The notes: generated by a model from the letters alone, not told the origin. A DNA stretch of 60,956 nucleotides from Chiloscyllium plagiosum (GCF_004010195.1 NC_057720.1:34449453-34510408); one strand, 5' to 3'; shown: positions 12,087 through 25,280, numbered from the stretch's first letter. Program-made: numbers and translations.

Positions 12087-15000
12087 GTAAATAAAAAATT
12101 CTAATGTAAAATGTAAAAATATTATTCAACTCAATTCAATTACTGTGGTATCTAATTCTGAAATTCATATTTGTTTCATTTACTTATGGGATGCAAGCTT
12201 TGCAGGTTGGGCTCACATTTACTGTCTATCTTTAGTTGGCCCAGAGTTGCCTTCTTGAACCATTGCAGTCCATTTGGTTTAGACATGCCTACAAAGCTGT
12301 TACAAAGGCAGTCCTTACTGATATAGTTGGGTCTGAGAGAGATATAAGGGGGATAAGGTGGAGTAATTAGCTATATTAATTTAAATATGGTCAGGCAATT
12401 AGGGGCTTATTTTTTTCCAACAGAATATTGTAAATATAGTAAATGCTTAAACAAAATCGAATGGGGATTCTTTAGGAAAGCAATTCCCTCTGTTTACTGT
12501 TCCAAATCAAGCAATAATTAAAAAGGCTTCCGATTCTATTGACTTAATTCAGGAATCTTGATTGCTACTTGTGGCAGCTATCTAAATTCAGAGTGTAGAC
12601 TTTAGGAAGTTGAAACTGAATTCAGTTTGAAATGTGCTAGATACAGATGAACCAGCTACACAAATGATGTTCACACACAGCTTGAGGCAACAAACATCGT
12701 TCAAAGTGATTTCCAGTAAATATTCTCACAATGGAAATAATTTTCAACTTTGCACCTTCAAGATCGGAACAGACTGTCCATCTGTTTAAGAACCTTAACC
12801 TTTTGAATCCTACTGAGATTAATAGGATAACAATCAGGTAAAATGGCTTGCCAGTGCCTGCCTGGACCGAAGTTGAAATTAATCTTGATATACCAGAGTA
12901 GCTGCCTTTCACTCCACCAATTAGGACTCAGCTTTCGAGACAAGCTTTTTGAATGTCTTGAGTGGTGAGATTATTGCTTGATATGGTAGGCTTCACTGGA
13001 AACTCAATCATCCAATTCCAGGACATGGGGTGCCCTGGGAAGGCCAGAGGTCAAGACCCGTTCGAACTAAAAAAGGGTGCATCCAATCTGCAAGGACTAA
13101 CAGTGGAAACAGTTGCAAAGTGTGAGATTTCTCTTTTCAAGGTTAGAACTATTCAGCTCAGCCAATGCAAACTTGTAAAAGTTATGCCAAATATCGCAAG
13201 CCATTCGCATTTTTAAAGAATTTTAAAAATTATTTTTGCTGTACAAAGAATAGAGACCAGATTGAATTTTACTAAAGATTGCTCTATTTAGTCCAGCAAG
13301 TTGAGGAGAAAAAGTGAAGAGTGAGCTGGCCATTTTGGAAGTGGGTGGAAGATTGCAGTTGTAGGTGTTGGAGGAGGTGGAAGGAGGGGGACACAACACC
13401 CTCATTAAATGTAGGCAAGGGAAAGTAGAATATCAAGGTAAACATGGGAAGCAGAGGATTTTTAAACAAGGTGGAGGAAATGAACACATTGAAATCAAGG
13501 AGAAAGACCCAGTTATGTACTACAGTGTCTGGCAGGTTGAGCTTAGCAGCGTCTGTCTCTTCGTGCTGATTGGAATGACTGTCTATGATTTTGATGATGG
13601 GGCTGGGGATGGTGGGCGAGAGGGAAAGGCACAGGTTGGCGAGGGAAGAACATGTGTTTGAAGTTGGCTGAGTGGAGTCTTTTTGAAAACATCAATGTCA
13701 ATTTGTTTTTCCTGTTTTAAGTTTATTTTATTGATCCATTGTGAAGGGTAAAGGTGCTTCAAATGAACTAGAATGCACCATTTTTAAAGATTTTTATCTG
13801 TGCAATCATTCCCCATTAACATTCAATATAAATGTACCAATAAGATAGGAAGGGTATACAGCATTCTCAATTTATTGCCAACATCCCAAATCACAATGAG
13901 GCAGCATCCATTAAAATCTTTTTAAAATCTGTTACTTGCTATTAGATAATTTTCTTAAAAGGGAAATGAATTCTCTCATTATCAACCACAAGGATAAAGG
14001 AATCTAAAAATATTAAAAAAGATCATTCCCAACTCTGGGAGGTTGGTTTACATCAAATTAACAAGCAATTATTTTATTATGAATAAAGTGCAATAGCTAT
14101 TTTACTTTTACATTCCAAAGTATTAGGAGATACGTCAAATTCAGATCTGAACATTCCTAAATTTGGCCAAGGAGTTTTGCTTTTTACTGTGAGTAACCAG
14201 GGCCCAGTTACATTCTTTGAGCTTTGCTCACTATGCAGGGCAGGGTCTCTGTTAGCCCAGGTCAGAGCACCACATTACCAGTTGGGAAGACATATGCAAA
14301 GCACTGAAAAGAGAAGAAGCCAGGTTTTTTTCTAAGAAAAGAGATGGAAGTATTCAAGCGATGTGTCGGCAACTTTAAGGTTTGACTGCAGACTGACCAG
14401 AGACCTCAGATGGGGTTAGGTCCAGATGAAATGATATGATGACGCAAAGGTTTATGTGCTGCAAATTTTGTGATTTTTGACATTTGAATTATAGACAGTC
14501 CTATTTCTCAAAACATTATCAAATTACAAGTCGACTGTTACAACCATCTATGGAGTTCACACATTCCTTTGGTTAAGGAAAGACCATCAAAACTCAATTT
14601 GTGGCCAATGGAACTGAATGTACCTTATCGGCCTGAATTAGGATGGTAATCGCCATCCAAGCTCATCTGTATGAATCTTAAATGTGTTAAAAAATACAGA
14701 ATGCTGGAATCAACCAAAACACAACCCTCTATTTGAAAAATAACTTTGAACTTGTGCAAAGTTACGTTGTGAAGGAGCCATGAGGTTTAAAAAATACTGA
14801 TCATGGCAAGTAAAGGGAACGCACGACCTCTGTCTGTAACAACAGTCACATCAAACTCAATTCAGAAAATGCACAGTTGCTGAATGGCAGATCATAAGCC
14901 CCTATTCAGGGCTAACTTTGCTTTTCCGGTGTATGCTATGTATGAATTTAGATTTGTTTTACTTTGTTCATTTGAAAGACAAACCAGTTTTAGTAGCAAT

Positions 15001-15391
15001 TAGAGATAAAGCACTGGTAAATCAATGCTGGTTTGTTCTGAAATACTGGCAGAATATGCCTAGATTTTGCAATAGTTCTGACACCAAAATTGTCAGTGTT
15101 TGCCATCAAGACAGTAACTTTGATATGCAGCTAAACACAGAAATCCATAACTTGTTGGCAGTAGATTTTTGCTGCCTTACAGGGCGGCCTGTTGAATTCC
15201 TTGCTGACAGAAATCCAACAAATCATTTGAATGGTCACATTTGACATTATTAGCCTCACTGTAAACAACCTGTGAAAAACTGATACACTATTGAATATGG
15301 CGAAAGTGAGGACTGCAGATGCTGGAGATCAGAGCTGAAAATGTGTTGCTGGAAAAGTGCAGCAGGTCAGGCAGCATCCAAGGAGCAGGAG

Positions 15392-15427
15392 ATTCGATGT
15401 TTCGGGCATGAGCCCTTCTTCAGGAAT
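15392..15427 (-). ncRNA. Minimal type-I hammerhead ribozyme motif
   Basis: Minus strand reads ATTC-CTGAAGA-A-GGGC TCAT GCCC-GAAAC-ATC-GAAT: both core boxes, a 4-bp stem II and an ATTC/GAAT stem I. Confidence 0.7.
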
Positions 15428-16040
15428 GAGGAAAGAGTGCCAAGCAGGCTAAGATAAAAGGTAGGGAGGAGGGACTTGGGGGAGGGACGTTGGAAATGCA
15501 ATAGGTTGAAGGAGGTTAAGGTGAGGGTGATAGGCCAGAGTGGGGTTGGGGGCAGAGAGGTCAGGAAGAAGATTGCAGGTTAGGAAGGTGGTGCTGAGTT
15601 CGAGGGTTGGGACTGAGACAAGGTGNNNNNNNNNNNNNNNNNNNNNNNNNNNNNNNNNNNNNNNNNNNNNNNNNNNNNNNNNNNNNNNNNNNNNNNNNNN
15701 NNNNNNNNNNNNNNNNNNNNNNNNNNNNNNNNNNNNNNNNNNNNNNNNNNNNNNNNNNNNNNNNNNNNNNNNNNNNNNNNNNNNNNNNNNNNNNNNNNNN
15801 NNNNNNNNNNNNNNNNNNNNNNNNNNNNNNNNNNNNNNNNNNNNNNNNNNNNNNNNNNNNNNNNNNNNNNNNNNNNNNNNNNNNNNNNNNNNNNNNNNNN
15901 NNNNNNNNNNNNNNNNNNNNNNNNNNNNNNNNNNNNNNNNNNNNNNNNNNNNNNNNNNNNNATCACATTTCCAACGCCCCTCCCCCAAGTCCCTCCTCCC
16001 TACCTTTTATCTTAGCCTGCTGGACACCCTTTCCTCATTC

Positions 16041-16068
16041 CTGAAGAAGGGCTCATGCCCGAAACCTC
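16041..16068 (+). ncRNA. Minimal hammerhead ribozyme motif
   Basis: CTGAAGA-A-GGGCTCATGCCC-GAAAC-CTC. Confidence 0.6.
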
Positions 16069-16201
16069 GATTCTCCTGCTGCCTGACCTGCTGCACTTTT
16101 CCAGCAACACATTTTCAGCTCATGCTGGAGATCAGAGTCAAGGTTAGTGTGGTGCTGGAAAAGCACAGAAGGTCAGATGGCATCCAAGGAGCAGGAAAAT
16201 C

Positions 16202-16229
16202 AACGTTTCGGGCAAAAGCCCTTCATCAG
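16202..16229 (-). ncRNA. Minimal hammerhead ribozyme motif
   Basis: Minus strand reads CTGATGA-A-GGGC TTTT GCCC-GAAAC-GTT, with a palindromic AACGTT in place of helix III. Confidence 0.7.
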
Positions 16230-17648
16230 GAATCTGAAACGTCGATTTTCCTGCTCCTCGGATGCTGCCTGACCTGCTGTGCTTTTCCAGCACCACTCTA
16301 GTCTTGACATCGTTGAATAATATGCAACTATCTTTTAAAGGCATTCTAAATTGTAAGCACTGATGAAATTGCTTTGCTCCAGAAAAACTCATAACCTTTA
16401 TGTGCAACGTCAAACTTCTCTATTGATAAAATGTAGTCCATGTATGTTTAGAAATCTTTCTTATAAAGTTGACCTAGTCCCATTTTTATGTCCCACTTGT
16501 TTCAAAACATTAACTAGGTTTTCTCTCTTCACAGAGGCTGCCAGATTTGCTGAATTTCTCCAGCAATTTTCTATTTTTGTTTGTTTCAGACCTCCAGCAT
16601 CCAGAGTTCTTTACTCTATTTTATATGCAATCACCCTATTTCTCAGAACCAGGCACTAGTGAAAATATGCACAACTGATGAGTTCAGCTAAGTTTGATAA
16701 CTCACCTTCTAATGGCAAACTTAAGCAATATAATGACTTTTCCCACAAAACAAATAGTAATGTGCCTTAACTAAATGATAATATTAAAGGATTTGCCCAA
16801 TTTTAAAAATAAATTACTGTAGTCATTCAGAGAATGTGCCTTAAAACCATCCACTATTTTCTATCTGGGGCATTCAAAAAAATTCCTGAGTGCCCTGCAA
16901 ATGCTGTCACCACAAAGGGCTGAAATGTTCTTACTGGTGAGTTTTGCTTGCATCCGGTTTCAAAAGGGGGGCACAGTAAAAGGTTAGATCGCAACTTATT
17001 CAACCAACCCCTACACAAGGAGACTGGGTAGGAAAAAAAATACCCCACCTTTGGATTTCATGAACAAAATGATGGAAGATCCTCTGGCAATGATCAGGTT
17101 TTTAAACAGAGAACTTTGTAAGCTTAGTCAGGCTCAGAGAATTTAAAACACTGAAGGAACAGTATGATTAATTCTATAAAGAGAGGTGGCATGATATATT
17201 TCGTAATGCTACACAAATGTAGATTACAATATTTGAATTAAAGAAGTCTCAACATACATGTTATTTTCTACATTTATCTTGCAATGAAATAAATTAGCTG
17301 TTATACAGGTTGTAAACATTTCAAGACTGAAGAACTGTGGAAAAATCCTAACAGACTAGCCCAAGATCATAAAGTGATGTCTGTGTTACAGGTCTGAGTT
17401 ATGCTATTTTGGAAGTCGATATAAAGCTGTGTGATTTAACTTCCTATAAAAATAGGATACTCATTCCAATTGTAGATGCACTGACACCACTGAACCCAAG
17501 AAGACACCAATAGTGGATCTAAGCCAGCAGCTTAAAAATGCAAGACAGCTATACATTCAAAATTCAAGCTATGGGTAGATAACAAATTCCATACTTTACC
17601 ACCATAATTTTACATTAAATAAAGTTAACATTATTTTTCAGGTCTTAC

Positions 17649-17678
17649 CAGCATGGCTTCTGAGCTTTTGTCAACCAT
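17649..17678 (-). CDS. Candidate first coding segment MVDKSSEAML (phase 0) of an unidentified protein
   Basis: Strong Kozak context ACCATGG, open to the donor, with a second in-frame GCCATG. No homolog recognised. Confidence 0.4.
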
Positions 17679-17960
17679 GGTCTATATGATTGTTCCGAGC
17701 TTTTACAATACGCTGTTCATGGATTTCTGTCTGTTCAAGTCTGTTCAGTCACTACTGCCCTCTGTCTCTCTCTTGCTGTGGTTGTAATGAAATTCTCTGT
17801 CTGCTTAATCCAGAAACCTTGGACACTCTGAAATGACATGTGACACAGTGTGTTTTATTCCAGTCCAGTTCAATGGCATCAGTAGCAGTCAGCCTCCAGA
17901 TTAAAGATGATTGTATTGCAAGAAGTTGTTTCAACATGTAATATGTGGGTTGTATTTCCA
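17649..17960 (-). other. Putative 312-nt host-gene exon (5' UTR plus start codon)
   Basis: Non-repetitive sequence bounded by acceptor ATTTTACAG|TGG and donor CTG|GTAAGA. Confidence 0.55.
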
Positions 17961-18570
17961 CTGTAAAATGTCAATGCATTTTTTAATCTACACATATCAG
18001 TTTGAAGTCATTTTTCTCTCTTACCACAATGTACAATCTCCCAATCTCCTCCTCACTTTACTCTCCACTTCTGTCTCCTTATTCAATGGCAATAATCAAA
18101 AGCTGAAGTACAATTCACAACTCATTTGACTCCTTTCTACACAGGTACATTTCATAAGTAACTTGTACTCCGACCAGCTTTTTCATTTATGATGCATGAA
18201 TGACTCATCATTTAGAAATATTAATGTTCACAATAAACTTAGCAAATTGCAAGCTCACTGTGGTGTTCAGGTAGAGACCTAACAGTAAGGTCTGTTGTTG
18301 ACAATGTGAAAGTTAGCAGGAATGAATATTTAACTTTGCTTTCACTTTAAGGGACGGAAGTCTGATTTATGAGTTTGTAAATTTGTTCAGAAAACAGCCT
18401 CAGTTTTGCTCCCTCAAAGTTTCAGGCTTGTTGCATTTAAAATTAGCAGAATGCCCTTGTGTACCAAGATATTCCTTCATTTCATTACTTGTAAACACAC
18501 CTCAGTTTTTATATTGACAAGCCCCATTATATTCCAGAAGGTCCTAAATGATTTGGCATTAGTCATGGAT

Positions 18571-18886
18571 TTCATAGATTCCCTACATTGTGAAACAGGC
18601 CCTTCGGCCCAATAGGTTCACAGTGACCCTCTGAAGAGTATCCCACTCAAACCCAATCCCCTAACCCATATTTACCTCTGACCAATGTACCTAACATACA
18701 CATCCCTGAACATTATGGGCAATTTTGCATGGCTTATTCACCCTTAACTTACACATCTTTGGATTGTGGGAGGGAACCAGAGCACCCGGAGGAAACCCAT
18801 GCAGACATGGGGAGAACGTGCAAACTCCATACAGACCTAGTGCTGTGAGGCAACAGTGCTGACCACTGAGCCACCATGCCACCACG
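18571..18886 (-). mobile_element. HE1-like V-SINE, older, internally deleted
   Basis: Reverse complement of the V-domain and tRNA head. Confidence 0.88.
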
Positions 18887-19342
18887 GTGCATTGTACAAG
18901 AAATTCAACAATAAAAAGGAAGGAAACACTTCTCCAATTCAGAAGTTAATGAATACAATGCTTTGACAGAATCCGTCACATATAGTCAAAATACCTTGGA
19001 TATCATTATGACATTGGACTGTGTAGAATGGACAAACACATCATGAGTTCAGGAACAAAGCTAAACTGCGCGTAGAATCATAGAGTCTTATATAACATCC
19101 ATCCATTTCTGACTGTTACTTTGGAAAATCTATCCCATTCCCCTAAAAATTTTTAGTTGATTATGTAAAAACAATGAAAACTACTTCAAGCGTTCAGTAA
19201 CTTTAAAAATCTCCACCCTTTCCTAAGCAAACCTTTTTAGGGATGAGTCCTTTGAGTTTTATTACTGAATTAACAAAAACACCTCTCAGTACTGAATCAC
19301 ATACCTTTAGGAAGGTTCCATAATCAGTGCATTCTAAATAGT

Positions 19343-19555
19343 AACAAAAACAGAAATTGCTGAAAAAAGCATAGCAGGCCTGGCAGTATCTACAGAGAGA
19401 CAGCAAAATTAACGGTTCAGGTCCAGTGACCCTTCTTCAAAACTTTGTTTCAGAAATGTTAATTCTGCTTTCTCTCCACAGATGCTGCCAGAACTGCTGA
19501 ATTTTTCCAGCAATGTCTGCTTTTGTTTCTGATCTCCAGCATCCATGGTTCTTTA
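19343..19555. mobile_element. Short Penelope-derived fold-back element
   Basis: The left arm is the reverse complement of the right arm. A degenerate hammerhead core TTGAAGA-A-GGGTCACTGGACCT-GAACC-GTT lies on the minus strand at 19411-19440. Confidence 0.7.
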
Positions 19556-19814
19556 GATTTTTTGTTTCATGTTAAATAGTGTTGTGGGGCAGTCCTATAT
19601 AGGTTATGGCTCCTACTTGCATAATCCTTTTTATGATGTGCTTCTTTCTGATCTAATCCCATGACATAGACAATCTTATTAAAAAAGGACAGAAGGAACC
19701 AGTGATTGCATCTTGTACTTTAAACTAAAGTACTCTAAAATATGTGGCTGAGCATCAGTAATTAACTGGACCTCTTTATGCAACTTACAAGGAAAAAGAG
19801 GCTTGCGCATTCCT

Positions 19815-19984
19815 GGTCACTATATGGCAATTTCCCATGGCCAATCCACCTAACCTGAACATCTTTGGATTGTGGGAGGAAACTGGAGCACCCAGCAGAA
19901 ACAAAGGGAACATGCAAACTCCGCACAAACAGTCACCTGGTTTCGTGAGGCTATAGTGCTAACCACTGCTGCATCATGCCACCC
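19815..19984 (-). mobile_element. Degraded HE1-like SINE
   Basis: V-domain remnant GGAGGAAACTGGAGCACCCAG. Confidence 0.75.
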
Positions 19985-20582
19985 TTGTACATACCATTTA
20001 CATTTTATTCCAATTAGTCTAATGGTGTTTGTAAACAACAGTGCTCATTTCTTAGAAGTGCAAAACCATATATTTACTGTACTGTTGCAACACAGTAACA
20101 GGCCATGCAATCCTTTTCCTCAACTTCTGATTACATATGTTGAATTTCAATTTCTTTTTCTTGTTTTTTTATTTGCTACTGTACATTATGTGAGGTTTTG
20201 TTGAATTTTCAGTCCATCTACCTTTCTTTCTGATCACTTCCATTGTTACTAGTGTTTGAACATTCAGAAAACTTTAAACACGGCTTTATTTTTGTATTTC
20301 TCACTTCTAGACATTAGCTTCGAAACAACTGCTGGTGATATTATTAGGTGAATACTTAACACGTACATATGACATTTCTGTCCATTATTTTAGCAACTGC
20401 ATTAACCCTTGAGATAAATGTTTGCACAAAAACAGCAGATAAACGAATGTCAAAAATAACACTTACACACAAATACTAAAATTCACATACTAATCCAAGC
20501 AGTAATCATTTTTAGACTGATAATTTCTTGACTCTAGGTTTTTATCTTTACACAGTGTCACCTTTCCTTTAAGAACTTAGCC

Positions 20583-20838
20583 ATAGAGTTATAAAGCATG
20601 GAAACAGATCCTTCAGTCGAACTCGTCCATGTCAAGTAGCTTTCCCAAACTAAACTAGTCCCATACATTTGGTCCATAACCCTTTAAACCTTTCCTATTC
20701 ATTTTTTTTATCCAAATGTCTTTTAAATATTGTAACTGTATCAGCATTTGTCACCTCCTCTGTCACTTCATTCCACATGTGAACCACTCTCTGTGTGAAA
20801 ACGTTGCCCCTCAGGTCCCTTCTAAATCTTTCTTATCT
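20583..20838 (-). mobile_element. CR1 LINE 3' end
   Basis: Reverse complement of the CR1 3' UTR and ORF2 end. Confidence 0.85.
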
Positions 20839-21313
20839 CAACTTGAAAGGATTCAGAAAGGATTTACAAGAATGTTGCCAGGTTTGGAGAATTTGACCTG
20901 GAGGGAGAGATTAAATAGGCTGGGGCTGTTTTCCCTGGAACGTTGAAGGCTGAGGAGTGACCTTATAGAGGTTTATAAAATTATGAGGGGCATCGATAGG
21001 ATGAATAGACAAAGTCTCTTCCCCGGGGTGGGGGAATCCAGTACTAGAGGGCATAGGTTTAGGGTGAGAGAGGAAAGATATAAAAGAGACTTAACAGGCA
21101 ATTTTTTCATGCAGAGGGTGGTGTGTGTGTAGAATGGGCTGCCAGAGGAAGTGGTGGAGGCTAGTACAATTGCAACATTTAAAAGGCATCTGGATGGGTA
21201 TATGAATAGGAAGGGTTTGGAGGGATATGGGCCAGGTGCTGGCAGGTGGGACTAGATTAGTTTTGGATAGCCTGTCAACATAGACGAATTGGACCGAAGG
21301 GTCTGTTTCCGTG
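20839..21313 (+). mobile_element. CR1 LINE 3' fragment
   Basis: LERIQKGFTRMLPGLENL ... ERLNRLGLFSLER. Confidence 0.9.
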
Positions 21314-21314
21314 C

Positions 21315-22590
21315 TCAAAGACATCCAGCACTTCCTCCTCTGTGATACGGACATTTTTCAAGATGTCACCATCTATTTCCCTACATTCTATATCTTCCAT
21401 GTCCTTTTCCACAGTAAACACTGATGTAAAATACTCATTTAGTATCTTCCACCATCCCCTGCGTCTACACACAAATGCCACCTTGCTAATCTTTGAGGGG
21501 CCGTATTCTCTCCCTAGTTACCCTTTTGTCCTTGATGGATTCTCCTTAACTCTATTTGCCAAAGCTATTTCATGTCCCCTTTTTGACCTCCTGATTTCCC
21601 TCTTAAGTACACTCCTGCTGCCTTTATACTCTTCTAAGGATTCATTCAATCTATCCTGTATATACCTGACATATGTTTCCTTCCTTATCTTAACAAAACC
21701 TTCAATTTCTCTAGTCATCCAGCATTTCCTATACCTACGAGCCTTTTCTTTCACCCAAACAGGAATATACTGTCTCTGGACTCTTATTCTCTCATTTCTG
21801 AAGGCTTCCCATTTTCCAGCCATTCCTTTAGCTGCAAACATCTGCCCCCAGGTCAGCTTTTGAAAGTTTTTTTTTATTAGATTCCCTACAGAGTGGAAAC
21901 AGACTCTTTTGACCAACAAGTCCACACCGACGCTCCAAAGAGTAACCCACCCAGGCTCATTTCCCTCTAAGTCACCTAACACTATGGGCAATTTAGCATG
22001 GCCAAGTCACCTGGCCTGCACATCTTTGGATTGTGGGAGGAAACCAGAGCACCCAAAGGAAACCCACGCAGACACCGGGAGAATGTGCAAACTCCACACA
22101 GACAGTCGCCGAGCTTGGAATCGAACCTGGGTCCCTGGTGCTGTAAGGCAGCAGTGCTAACCACTGAGCCACAGTTCTTGCCTAATACCATCAAAATTGG
22201 CCAAGCTCCAATTTAGAACTTCAACTTTTAGATCTGGTGTCTCCTTTTCCATCACTATTTTAAAACTAATAGAATTATTGTCGCTGGCCCCAAAGTGTTC
22301 CCCCACTGACACCTCAGTCGCCTGCAACTGCTTTATTTCCCAAAAGTAGGTCAAGTTTTGACCCTTCTCTCGTAGGTACATCCACATATTGAATCAAAAA
22401 ATGTTCTTGTATGTACTTAACAAATTCTTCTCCATCTAAACCCTTAATACTATGGCAGTCCCAGTCTATGTTTGAAAAGTTTAAATCCCCTACCAAAACC
22501 ACTGTATCAATCTTACAGATAACTGAGATCTCCTTACAAATTTGTTTCTGAATTTCCCGCTGACTATTAGAGGGTTTACAATACTTCTGA
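21315..22590 (-). mobile_element. CR1 ORF2 endonuclease/linker fragment interrupted by an HE1 SINE
   Basis: VVLVGDLNFSNIDW ... PTREGSKLDLLLGN, KREIRRSKRGHEIALA and LNEYFTSVFTVE. Confidence 0.88.
21877..22172 (-). mobile_element. HE1-like V-SINE inserted in CR1
   Basis: V-domain present; the flanks rejoin as continuous CR1 sequence (GAAAGTT|CTTGCC). Confidence 0.9.
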
Positions 22591-22789
22591 TGGGAAAGTG
22601 TAAACATGCAGGTTTTACATGTGTATGTTTTAACTGATTTAAAGTTGTGGAATGCAGGAGCATCCAGGTGACTTCATCAAACTGTTTTTTGGAGGTGATG
22701 TGCTTCCTACTTGTCCATATAAACACTGGATTATTGAATTGTTATTAACTTAGATTTCTGGTCTTATTTTCACCTAGCCTGGGCTTGAC

Positions 22790-23880
22790 CAACAAAGTAG
22801 CCATTTGGATACAGAACTGGCTTGAAGGTAGAAGACAGAGGGTGGTGGTGGAGGGTTGTTTTTCAGATTGGAGGCCTGTGACCAGTGGAGTGCCACAACG
22901 ATTGGTGCTGGGTCCACTACTTTTCATAATATATATAAATGATTTGGATCTGAGCTTAAGAAGTACAGTTAGTAAGTTTGCAAATAACACCAAAATTGGA
23001 GGTGTAGTGAACAGCGAACAAGGTTACCTCGGACTACAATGGGATCTTGATCAGATGGGTCAATGGGCTGAGAAGTGCCAGATGGAGTTTAATTCAGATA
23101 AATGAGAGGTGCTGCATTTTGGGAAAGCAAATCTTAGCAGGACTTATACACTTAATGGTAAGGTTCTAGGGAGTGTTGCTGAACAAAGAGACCTTGGAGT
23201 ACAGGTTCATAGCTCCTTGAAAGTAAAGTTGCATTTAGATAGAGTGAAGGCGGCATTTGGTATGCTTTTCTTTATTGGGCAGAATATTGAGTACAGGAAT
23301 TGAGAGTTCATGTTGCGGCTGTACAAGCCATTGGTTAGCCCACTGTTGGAATATTGCATGCAATTCTGATCTCCTTCCTATTGGAAGGATGTTGTGAAAC
23401 TCAAACGGGTTCAGAAAAATGTACAAGCATGTGCCAGGATTGCAGGATTTGAGCTATAGGGAGAGGCTGAACAGGCTGGGGCTGCTATCCCTGGAGTGTC
23501 GGAGGCTGAGGGGTGATCTTATAGAGGTTTATAAAATCATGAGGGGGATGGATAGAGTAAACAGACAAGGTCTTTTCCCTGAGGTAAGTGAGTCCAGAAC
23601 TAAAGGGCATAGGTTTAAGGTGAGAGGGGAAAAATATAAAAGAGACTTAAGGGGCAGCTTTTTCACACAGAGGGTGGTACGCGTATGCAATGGGCTGCCA
23701 GAGGAAGTGGTGGAGGCAGATACAATTGCAACATTTAAGAGGCATCTGGATGGCCATATGAATAGGAAGGGTTTGGAGGGATGTGGGCCGGGTGCTGGCA
23801 GGTGCGTTGGGTTACCTGGTCGGCATGGACGAGTTCGACCAAAGGATATGTTCCCGTGCTGTACATCTCTATGACTCTAT
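22790..23880 (+). mobile_element. CR1 LINE RT-to-3'-end fragment
   Basis: WRPVTSGVPQRLVLGPLLFIIYINDLD ... SKFANNTKIGG, then the C-terminus and an ACTCTAT tail. Confidence 0.93.
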
Positions 23881-25124
23881 GGCCTCTCTGATAGCCATGT
23901 TGATTTATAACTGTAATACTTGCCAACGCCTTTATTTTTCTTTCGGTGTCATATACTGGCCTATGTTTCTTCCTTGCATTTATGGTCTGCACTCAGTAGC
24001 TTATCGACATTATGCCAAAAAGAGCAAGTTTTCCTTCCGGTAAGCTGCTCCACATCTCTAGTTTGCCCTTTTACTCCTTTACCAAGTTGATGTTAAATAC
24101 CATTATAGGTGTGAAAAAAAAAGTGGACTTATGAACTAAATAATGCTAGGAGTGTGACAAACTAAGACGCAGAGATTCAAATGTTCCATTCCCCATAAAT
24201 ATGAGGGAAGGTAATAAACAAATAATATATCCAGGAACATTTTTGACTTATAAATAGAGGCACAGAGTACAAGGGTAAATATATATGGTTATGCAAGGCA
24301 ATGATTAGGCAACAGTCTCTGGTTAGGTCTCTAGTCTATAAAAATGACACTATAACCACTGGTTATAGTGCTTCAAAGTATTGGCATGAGAGATAGATTA
24401 GAGATTTTGGGACTACTTTAAACCACTGAGAGGTTTGACAATATTGTTTAAAATTATGTGAGATTTTATTCGGATAACATGTAACAGCTTTCATAAATCA
24501 CAGCATATTAGTCGACCCTGCATGCAGAGCAGCCCAATTTCTTTGGCCACCCCAATTACATGTACCCAGCATGTAGGTTGATTCCCCTATTCAGCCACCA
24601 CATGTTATATCCAGAATTATAGTAAATTTCAATTTCTTACACCATGAATTAATGTTTGACTTACCAGTACCATATATGTGGATGCAGGGGACTGGTTAGC
24701 AGAGTAGAGGTACACCAATAGTATTTTCAATTTGTATACCCAACTGAGGTTGCCATTAAAGTCCTTCCATCTTGAATGTTCCCCTTACCTAAGGCATGGT
24801 GATCCTTGAGGTAAACTGGTACACTGGTTATCACATGCTAATGGGAGAGCAGCCCTCTGGGTCTATGTTTAGCTTAATTCATAACTATATTTAAGGAGGC
24901 AACACAGATGACAATAACCCTAATCAGTAGCAATGGTTTACTCTTATACTTGACATATGAGAAAATTCTATTTTTGAAGGTATTTTTCAAGGTTTCTTAA
25001 GTGAACTCTTAAGTAAAGTTTTAGTATTTATGATACTGTAGCTGGAGCAGAGAAGGCAAGACATTGATTTCATTTATTTCTTTGGGTGGATAAGGGAAAA
25101 TCTATGAGTACTCAATGAAGAAGA

Positions 25125-25280
25125 GGCAAAATAGAAAGTTCTGGAGAAACTCAGCAGATCTGACAGCATTTGTAGAGAGAGAAACAAAGTTAATGCTCAA
25201 ATCTTGTGATTCTTCGTCAGAACTATTCTCATGAAGGGTTGCTTGATTTGAAACATTAACTCTGTTCCTTCTATACATAC
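25125..25280. mobile_element. Degraded short Penelope-derived fold-back element
   Basis: Inverted arms like those at 19343-19555, with decayed CTGANGA ... GAAAC cores facing outward from the centre. Confidence 0.6.

Larger units (their letters stand above)
15300..16300. mobile_element. Two adjacent Penelope-derived fold-back elements, the first centred on an N gap
   Basis: 15300-15625 (-) mirrors 15962-16121 (+). 16122-16233 (-) mirrors 16234-16300 (+). The terminal sequence matches 10340-10660. Confidence 0.85.

Noticed and set aside
12640..13700. Purine-rich region with several ORFs, possibly an ancient L2 on the minus strand
   Set aside because: Only a vague resemblance; no intact RT motif could be read.
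15449..16301. Long ORFs spanning the gap
   Set aside because: They are artefacts of N runs lacking stop codons.
20583..21313. Opposed CR1 3' ends as a twin-priming product
   Set aside because: The arms overlap on the consensus and differ noticeably, so two independent insertions are the simpler explanation.
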